Origin: Candidatus Aenigmatarchaeota archaeon
Lineage (GTDB): Archaea > Aenigmatarchaeota > Aenigmatarchaeia > Aenigmatarchaeales > JACQIB01
Length of the DNA stretch: 64,000 bases
Reading direction: 5' to 3'
Assembly (NCBI GenBank): GCA_016198755.1
Contig: JACQIB010000004.1
Span: forward strand, 160,001-224,000
Shown here: positions 40,463-46,368 of the stretch, in pieces
Position numbering within the stretch: the stretch's first letter is position 1
Layout of the letters: each line of letters begins with the position of its first letter
The notes under the pieces: generated by a model
Told to the model about the DNA's origin: nothing
Seen by the model: the letters and a program-made list of their open reading frames with translations, nothing else
Databases searched by the model: none
Made by a program: the position numbers and the translations under genes

Positions 40463-40494
40463 GTCGCGGCCGATGATATTAGCGCCCCGAATAA
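40463..40494 (-). other. 3' arm of 16S pre-rRNA processing stem with BHB
   Basis: Sense TTATTCGGGG-CGCT-AAT-ATCATCGGCCGCGAC pairs with 44021-44052. Confidence 0.8.
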
Positions 40495-40540
40495 AAAATT
40501 TTGGAGGTGATCCAGCCCCACGTTCCCGTAGGGCTACCTT

Positions 40541-40648
40541 CTCATAGGAGTGCAGCCTGGCAAAATTATCCCTCTCAATTCACCTCAGTCCCCACTTGGG
40601 GCCCGCCTTTCTTTCTTTCATAGAGGAAAAATACAGACTACACTTCCT
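40541..40648 (-). other. 16S intron 8 (108 nt, after E. coli ~C1501)
   Basis: Stem GGAAGTGTAGTCTG/CAGGCTGCACTCC; CATA/TATG helix; bulges ac|a and ag|a. Confidence 0.85.
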
Positions 40649-40650
40649 GT

Positions 40651-40681
40651 CTGTCAGTATTGCAGCTTTCACTGCAAAACA
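40651..40681 (-). other. 16S intron 7 (31 nt, after E. coli ~A1499)
   Basis: GTCA-ta|t-GTTTTGCAG...CTGCAATAC-TGAC-ag|a. Confidence 0.85.
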
Positions 40682-40822
40682 TATGACTTAGCCTTTCTTG
40701 TAAGTCTCTGGCTCGACTCTTCCCATACCCATTGCTGGAAACGAAAAAAGCCTCGCCAAAGGCTCACTCAAATGGCTTGACAGGCGGTGTGTGCAAAGAA
40801 CAGGGACGTATTCGGCGAACGA

Positions 40823-41667
40823 ATTCATGCTAGAAGCTTCGAAAAAGGTTTTATAATATTAATCAACTTATACACTGATTGATTAACAAGAACATCATTA
40901 TATTCTTCCTTTACAATATCTATAGCATCTTTTTGTATATTGCCTTCTAATATTGCTATCAATCTTACATAGGGATATTTTTGTCGAATTTTCATAGCTC
41001 TATAAGCAAGTTCTACGGCTTGCAAACGTTTCCTATAATTGAAATTCATTTGCTTTACCTCAATTATTATTTTGGGTATATTTTCAGAAGGCAAGGCAAA
41101 ATCTACTACAAAATTTCTATTGGTCCTCACTAGGGCATGAAACTTATGTGAAATGCCCAATTTCTGAAAGATTTCTATATATCTTTTTTCTTGTTCTGTA
41201 GGACCTTTTATTATTGCACCTTTCAGAGATCTTTCTTTAGACGCCTTTAAACTCATTTTTCTTGCGCGTTCAGTATCTCTAAAAGTGCCGCGTTCGGAAA
41301 TTTCATAATACCTGCGTATTAAGATTTCCCTAGAAGGAATTCTTTGCATGCATTTAATTTCTTCAAACACTTTGTTTATTACTTTTTCGTCTACACTTTT
41401 TCTAAATCCTTTCTCTATATTATAGACTGTGCCTTGACTCTTCCCTATAAACTTTGCTAATTGCCACTGACTCATATTCAATATTAAACGTAGAATCAGC
41501 AATCTCTGCGGTTTTGTATATATAATTTCAGGTTTCAGTTTCCTTAAACTGTCTGTTGTTCTATATACTTCATCACAGAGATTTTTTAATTTTAGCTTGT
41601 TTATGGTAATCACCGATATTATATTATATCGGTAACTACTATTTAACCCTTTACAGAGCTTCTAACT
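40823..41667 (-). mobile_element. 16S intron 6 (845 nt, helix 43 loop, E. coli ~1363) carrying an endonuclease-like ORF
   Basis: Full hBHBh': GGCGAACG/CGTTCGCC, TCAT/ATGA, bulges aa|a and at|t, GTTAGAAGCT/AGCTTCTAGC. Confidence 0.9.
40825..41613 (-). CDS. intron-encoded HTH(XRE) + PD-(D/E)XK-like putative homing endonuclease
   Basis: MSQWQLAKFIGKSQGTVYNIEKG HTH; PTEQE...VVDFAL...IIIEVK nuclease-like core; AT-rich, wholly inside intron. Confidence 0.75.
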   Translation of the reverse strand: MITINKLKLKNLCDEVYRTTDSLRKLKPEIIYTKPQRLLILRLILNMSQWQLAKFIGKSQGTVYNIEKGFRKSVDEKVINKVFEEIKCMQRIPSREILIRRYYEISERGTFRDTERARKMSLKASKERSLKGAIIKGPTEQEKRYIEIFQKLGISHKFHALVRTNRNFVVDFALPSENIPKIIIEVKQMNFNYRKRLQAVELAYRAMKIRQKYPYVRLIAILEGNIQKDAIDIVKEEYNDVLVNQSVYKLINIIKPFSKLLA

Positions 41668-41971
41668 TTATGACGTTCGCCTACTATGAATTCCGGCTTC
41701 ATGTGGGCGAGTTGCAGCCCACAATCTGGACTAAGATTGGGTTTAGGGGGTTAGCTTTGCCTTTCGGCATTGCATCCCATTGTCCCAACCATTGTAGGAC
41801 GCGTGTAGCCCAGAGAATTCGGGCCGTACGGACCTACCGTCGCCCACTCCTTCCTCTGCTTTAGCAGCAGCGGTCCCGCCATTGTGCTCTCTCCCCGGAG
41901 GGAAAGGTGGCAAATGGCAGCGTGGGTCTCGCTCGTTAACGGACTTAACCGCACGCCTCAAGGTACGAGCT

Positions 41972-42132
41972 TTCTCGTCTTAGCAGCCCTCATACAAAAC
42001 ATTATCTTACTTTTCTCTATGTTTTACATAATTAGCATTCCACCAACGTCGTATCAGTATTAAGTTTGAATACTGGTTGCATATCGTTGTTGAAATTTTT
42101 CAATATCCCAATTAAATTGAGACTGCCAAGAT
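41972..42132 (-). other. 16S intron 5 (161 nt, after E. coli ~C1066)
   Basis: ATCG-tc|a-TCTTGGCAGTC...GGCTGCTAAGA-CGAG-aa|a; restores CCATCGTCAGCTCG. Confidence 0.85.
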
Positions 42133-42675
42133 GACGATGGCCATGCAACTCCTCTCAGCTTGTCTGGTAAACCCGTTAGGCTGACCCTCATTCTGCTGTC
42201 TTCTCTGGTAAGATGTCCGGTGTTAAATCCAATTGAACCGCATCCTCCACTCATTGTGTGTTCCCCCGCCAATTCCTTTAAGTTTCAGCCTTGCGGCCGT
42301 ACTCCCCAGGTGGCCCGCTTAACATCTACACTTCGGCACTGCATGTTCACGTAGAACGTGCAACACCAAGCGGGCATCGTTTACGGCTGGGACTACTGGG
42401 GTATCTAATCCCAATCGCTCCCCCAGCTGTCGCCCCTCACTGTCAGACTCGTTTTCGGTAGACGCCTTCGCCACAGGTGGTCCTCCACGGATTAAAGGAT
42501 TTAACCCCTACACGTGGAATACCTCTACCGTCTCCCGATCTCAAGGCTTGGAGTATCTCCAGCGCGCCTGACAGTTAGCTGCCAGATTTCACCAGAGACT
42601 TTCAAGCCCAGCTACGGGCGCTTTAGACCCAATAAACGCGATAGCCATTTGGACCGCGGGTATTACCGCGGCGGC

Positions 42676-42706
42676 GTGTGCGAACAAAGTCTACTGACTT
42701 TGAACA
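42676..42706 (-). other. 16S intron 4 (31 nt, after E. coli ~A520)
   Basis: GTGC-ca|t-...CAAAGTC/GACTTTG...-GCAC-ac|g; restores GTGCCAGCCGCCGCGGTAA. Confidence 0.9.
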
Positions 42707-42918
42707 TGGCACCCGTCTTACCCAGTCCTTATTCGCCTAGGTTTTTAGCCTAAGCAAAAGCTCGTGCAAAGCACGAGCACTCGAGGTTCCCTTCTCACAC
42801 GCTAATGCATTGGAAAGTTTTCGCTCCTGCTGCGACCCGTAGGCCCTGCGCTCATGTCTCAGAGCGCATCTGGAGGCTCACACTCTCATGTCCCCTACCC
42901 GTCACAGGCTTGTCAGTT

Positions 42919-42979
42919 TTATAAAGCAGGTAGCTTATGCTACCAAAAATTATTTTGGCAAACTAAGTTTGCCTATGCA
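42919..42979 (-). other. 16S intron 3 (61 nt, helix 11 loop, E. coli ~265)
   Basis: GTCAGT/ACTGAC outer stem, GTAA/TTAT helix, bulges ag|t and aa|a. Confidence 0.8.
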
Positions 42980-43086
42980 CTTTACACTGACAACAACCTG
43001 ATAGGCCGCAGTCCCATTCTATGGCGCCGGAGCTTTCACTTTTGGTGCATTCCAGCATCCAAAAACTATGGGGCATTAGCCTCACT

Positions 43087-43115
43087 TTTGCGTTCACTTT
43101 CAAAAGAAAGTGGAA
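43087..43115 (-). other. 16S intron 2 (29 nt, helix 8 loop, E. coli ~161)
   Basis: TGCG-aa|t-..CACTTTC/GAAAGTG..-CGCA-aa|a; restores CTTGC-GAAA-GTGAG. Confidence 0.88.
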
Positions 43116-43161
43116 TTCGCAAGATTATTCCCCACCATAGAGTAGGTTAACTACGTGTTAC

Positions 43162-43833
43162 TCAGCAGTGCGCCGAGGGCAAGAGCGGATTAAATAGAAC
43201 CTTACCAGTCTTTTTACAATAAAAATAGTTTTTAAATTCCTTAGAAAGACATCTTACTTTTTCTAACTTTAGTGGATGTTTAAATTTTATTATTCTACAA
43301 AACTTTCTAAAATTTTTAGCACCTTTTATTCGCCACCAATATACATCGTTTTTTCCATAAACTTTTGATACATGAATACCATATGTTTCTAATAATTCTT
43401 TACTCCATATGCAAAAATCCTTAGATTTAATTTGTAGTTCTATTACAGGATATTCATATATAGACATCATGGTCTTTCTCTTATACCTTTGGACTTCTTT
43501 GAATACGGAACAATCACCATCAAAAAATCCTATAAGAAAATTCATCTTTTCTTTTCTATTTATGTGCACTGGTGGAGTGATGTCATGAGACTTTTTCCCT
43601 GGTTTTATATGATAAAGTCTCTTAAATTTTTCGTATAGCTTACGATCACTTACCCTTATCTGAAATACTCTTTTTCTTAATTTGTAAGTAACCTTGTTTT
43701 TTGCAAATTTTTGAAGATTTTTTACTATATCATCTCTGAAGCGCTTGTTATTTGTGTAGACATAGACATACGGTCTATATTTTTCTAAATGACCATCTGC
43801 AGCTATTAAACCGGCCATATAAGAAAATTTCAT
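43162..43833 (-). CDS. double-motif LAGLIDADG homing endonuclease (intron-encoded)
   Basis: YMAGLIAADG and FLIGFFDGDCS motifs. Confidence 0.93.
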   Translation of the reverse strand: MKFSYMAGLIAADGHLEKYRPYVYVYTNNKRFRDDIVKNLQKFAKNKVTYKLRKRVFQIRVSDRKLYEKFKRLYHIKPGKKSHDITPPVHINRKEKMNFLIGFFDGDCSVFKEVQRYKRKTMMSIYEYPVIELQIKSKDFCIWSKELLETYGIHVSKVYGKNDVYWWRIKGAKNFRKFCRIIKFKHPLKLEKVRCLSKEFKNYFYCKKTGKVLFNPLLPSAHC

Positions 43834-43901
43834 ATATTATTCTATGACGATATACAACTTATAGATTTCTATGTTTCGTTAGTAGTGTTCTACTTAATCC
43901 T
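43181..43901 (-). mobile_element. 16S intron 1 (721 nt, helix 6) with LAGLIDADG ORF
   Basis: GGATTAAGTAGAAC/GTTCTATTTAATCC terminal stem, GGGT/GCTC helix, bulges aa|a and tt|g; boundaries +/-1 nt. Confidence 0.88.
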
Positions 43902-44020
43902 TTACCCCTCTCGGCTCGCATGGATAAATCGAACCCCGATAACGGCTATCTCCGGCAGGATCAACCGGAATTAAATTAGGGGGGATTTCACAAACCTAAT
44001 GGTTTGCGTTCCCTGTTTTC

Positions 44021-44052
44021 TTACTCGGAGTTTCGCTAACATCAGCCACGAC
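44021..44052 (-). other. 5' arm of 16S pre-rRNA processing stem with BHB
   Basis: Sense GTCGTGGCTGATGTT-AGCG-AAA-CTCCGAGTAA pairs with 40463-40494. Confidence 0.8.
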
Positions 44053-44278
44053 TTCTAATCATGAACTCATCCGCACCCGCGCGCGCTTCCAAATTTCCCT
44101 CGCACTGGTCCGCTCATTGCTGCGTAAGCAGCTCGTTTGTATTTTTTCCCACAGGTTGGAACTGGGATGCTCATAGCGAGTTTACACTCTTGCTTGCAGC
44201 CCACACAGAAAGAGATGGAACAGCAGCGCCGTACCATTCATTTTGCCTGTGAGTACAGACTATAATAGCGTTATCGAA

Positions 44279-44330
44279 GGCTTTTAAAGGTTACTGCGGA
44301 TGCCGTTGGCTGGGGTTTAAAAGGTTTTCT
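44279..44330 (-). promoter_or_regulatory. tandem BRE/TATA candidates for the 16S transcript
   Basis: Sense GAAAAACCTTTTAAAC and ACCTTTAAAAG upstream of the rRNA leader. Confidence 0.55.
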
Positions 44331-44386
44331 TACGACCACTTTCTTATGGCAACCTCAAAACCACAGCCACAATACATGTTTTTGCC

Positions 44387-44848
44387 CTAAAACCTGACAG
44401 CACCCTCCAAAACTTTCAGCAAATTCACAGAGCGCATTTTGATTGTTTTTGTATGTAAACCTGGATTGAAAAAAACAAACTCGTTTTCCAGAACAGCATT
44501 GCTCAAATACGTTTTTAATTCCGTTTTCAAGCCAAAAGGCCCCACAGCCCCTATCTCCACTCCAGCTATCCTTTCAACTTCCTGCGGGTTTGCAAGCCCA
44601 ATATTTTTGCAGTTTTCTAACAGGCACAGTATTTTGGTGTCTGCCCTGCTGTCTCCTGGAACTAAAACCAGAATAAACTTTCCAGCATCTGTTTTAAAAA
44701 TTAAAGACTTAACACCAGCGCGCGCAGATGGCAGGCCGCGCACACGAGATGCATCTTCTGATGTATAAACATGCTCATGCTCTGTCTCTTCGAATGGGAT
44801 TTCTTTCTCTTTCAAAAGCTGTACTATTTTGTTGTATACAAAGAACAT
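44387..44848 (-). CDS. YbaK/ProXp aminoacyl-tRNA deacylase
   Basis: HEHVYTSEDA, GVKSLIFK, GVEIGAVGPFG, FNPG. Confidence 0.88.
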   Translation of the reverse strand: MFFVYNKIVQLLKEKEIPFEETEHEHVYTSEDASRVRGLPSARAGVKSLIFKTDAGKFILVLVPGDSRADTKILCLLENCKNIGLANPQEVERIAGVEIGAVGPFGLKTELKTYLSNAVLENEFVFFNPGLHTKTIKMRSVNLLKVLEGAVRF

Positions 44849-44969
44849 TTTTAGAAGTATGCTGGGCAGGTATAAAAGCTTGGTGGGCTAAATTTTTAGC
44901 TGTATGATATACAAGTGTAGGTATAACAGAAAAGTAAGCTTTATATACTACTTAATAGTAATAATTAAT

Positions 44970-45371
44970 ATGTCTGGAGATACATCTAATAGTCCTGAAA
45001 ATGCTAGGAATAGATTTATAGTTGCACGTCATGTTCAGGGAGGAATAAGATCGCCTGTTCTACATGGTGATAGCGCATTCTATAAAGAAGATGCTATGAG
45101 AAGGGCTGAAGAGCTTAATCATGGAACCTGGCCTTTGGGAGATTCCGGCTGGGGAGTTTATAGTGTGAGGGAGGCTGGAAACAGAATTGCTGATTCTGTC
45201 AGAACTTTTTTAGGAGGCGGAAGCTATGCTATCGGAAATCCAACAGCATATGGAGGATTCTATTTACATAAAAAAGATGGTGCAGTACCTGTTTTTGGAT
45301 GGAGATCACAGGTTGAAAAGGCTGCAGCCAGATCAGATCTTAGGGTACTTGTATTGACACCTGTTTTCTGA
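44970..45371 (+). CDS. hypothetical protein
   Basis: TTTATATA box ~25 nt upstream of ATG 44970. Confidence 0.55.
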   Translation: MSGDTSNSPENARNRFIVARHVQGGIRSPVLHGDSAFYKEDAMRRAEELNHGTWPLGDSGWGVYSVREAGNRIADSVRTFLGGGSYAIGNPTAYGGFYLHKKDGAVPVFGWRSQVEKAAARSDLRVLVLTPVF

Positions 45372-45420
45372 TAGTAAGCAGTTTAAATATTTAGCTGTAA
45401 AATACTTGTTTAGTGGACTT

Positions 45421-46281
45421 ATGTTAAGCGAAACAGTCTGGAACAGTAACCTGAAAGAACTGAAAATAGACTATCTATACCATTTGGGGCTAGATAATAC
45501 AGAAGATTTAAAAGGCACTTTCAAAGATACTAGATTTGTATGCATGTTCGGGAGCGCTCTAAGAGCTGAAATGTTTGCAAAAAAAGCAGGAAAACAACTT
45601 GGCTTTACTGTTGAGGGACCAATAGGAAAAACTGAGAGATTTTCACTTTACAAAATAGGGCCAGTTATTTCTGTTTCACATGGTATGGGCATGCCTTCTC
45701 TCCTGATTTTGCTTCATGAGATAACAAAATTGCTACAGTATGCTGAAGCCATAGATGTAGCCTATATAAGAATTGGAACCTGCGGGGGTGTTGGTATTGA
45801 ACCGGGAACTGTTGTTATAACAACTGAAGCTGTGAATGAAAAATTGGAAGCTGTTTTTGAGCATATGGAACTGGGAAAAGTTCGCAGATATATAACAAAA
45901 CTTGATAATAAGCTGGCTGAAAGTATTTTGAAGAGCGCAGGCGATATTAAGGCTGTGCTTGGAAAAACAATGGGCACTGATGATTTTTATGAGGGTCAGG
46001 GAAGGCTGGATGGAGCTTTACAACCTCGATATAAAGCAGAGGAGAAAATGGAATATCTGAAAAAAGCTGCTGAGATTGGGGTTTTGAATATAGAGATGGA
46101 AGCAACAGCTTTTGCTACCTTTTGCTCCAGAGCAGATATAACTGGAGCTATAGTGGATGCCGCATTGTTAGACAGGCTGAAAGTGGATCAGATTTATGTT
46201 GGGAAAGAAGAACTGGCTGGATTTTCTGAAAAGGCACAGCAAGTTGTTCTGAACTATATAAAAAGCAAAATAAACGGCTGA
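45421..46281 (+). CDS. uridine phosphorylase, eukaryote (UPP1)-like subtype
   Basis: DYLYHLGL, YKIGPVISVSHGMGMPS, IRIGTCGG, DDFYEGQGRLDGA, NIEME. Confidence 0.9.
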   Translation: MLSETVWNSNLKELKIDYLYHLGLDNTEDLKGTFKDTRFVCMFGSALRAEMFAKKAGKQLGFTVEGPIGKTERFSLYKIGPVISVSHGMGMPSLLILLHEITKLLQYAEAIDVAYIRIGTCGGVGIEPGTVVITTEAVNEKLEAVFEHMELGKVRRYITKLDNKLAESILKSAGDIKAVLGKTMGTDDFYEGQGRLDGALQPRYKAEEKMEYLKKAAEIGVLNIEMEATAFATFCSRADITGAIVDAALLDRLKVDQIYVGKEELAGFSEKAQQVVLNYIKSKING

Positions 46282-46368
46282 GCTGGCTAAGGCTTTTATT
46301 CTGCTTTCCCTAGGATTATGTATGGGAAAAACTATTAAAGTTTTTAACACCTCCAAAACCAAGAGGTT

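Larger units (their letters stand above)
40502..43971 (-). rRNA. rrs: archaeal 16S rRNA gene interrupted by 8 introns
   Basis: 5' ATTCCGGTTGATCCTGCCGG, GATTAGATACCC, AAACTTAAAGGAATTGGCGGGG, GCACACACCGCC, 3' GGATCACCTCC; removing 8 inserts gives ~1483 nt. Confidence 0.98.

Noticed and set aside
40560-40630. Possible C/D-box guide inside the 108-nt intron (ATGA...CTGA; AGGCGG complementary to CCGCCT near 1400)
   Set aside because: No proper RUGAUGA box and only ~6 bp of complementarity; not supportable
40715-40760. Slightly long helix 44 tip as a ninth intron
   Set aside because: Folds as a simple extended hairpin with no BHB geometry
40550-43150. ORF-track entries inside the 16S gene (40550-40780, 41670-41864, 41743-41961, 42060-42272, 42160-42354, 42514-42753, 42854-43150)
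   Set aside because: They overlap rRNA exons or structured introns and have no protein motifs; spurious
40541-43901. Group I/II self-splicing introns as the explanation for the rRNA inserts
   Set aside because: Most are too short, no P/Q/R/S or domain V elements seen, and BHB geometry predicts the correct junctions
44061-44252. 63-aa ORF upstream of 16S
   Set aside because: Lies antisense within the GC-rich rRNA leader between promoter and processing stem
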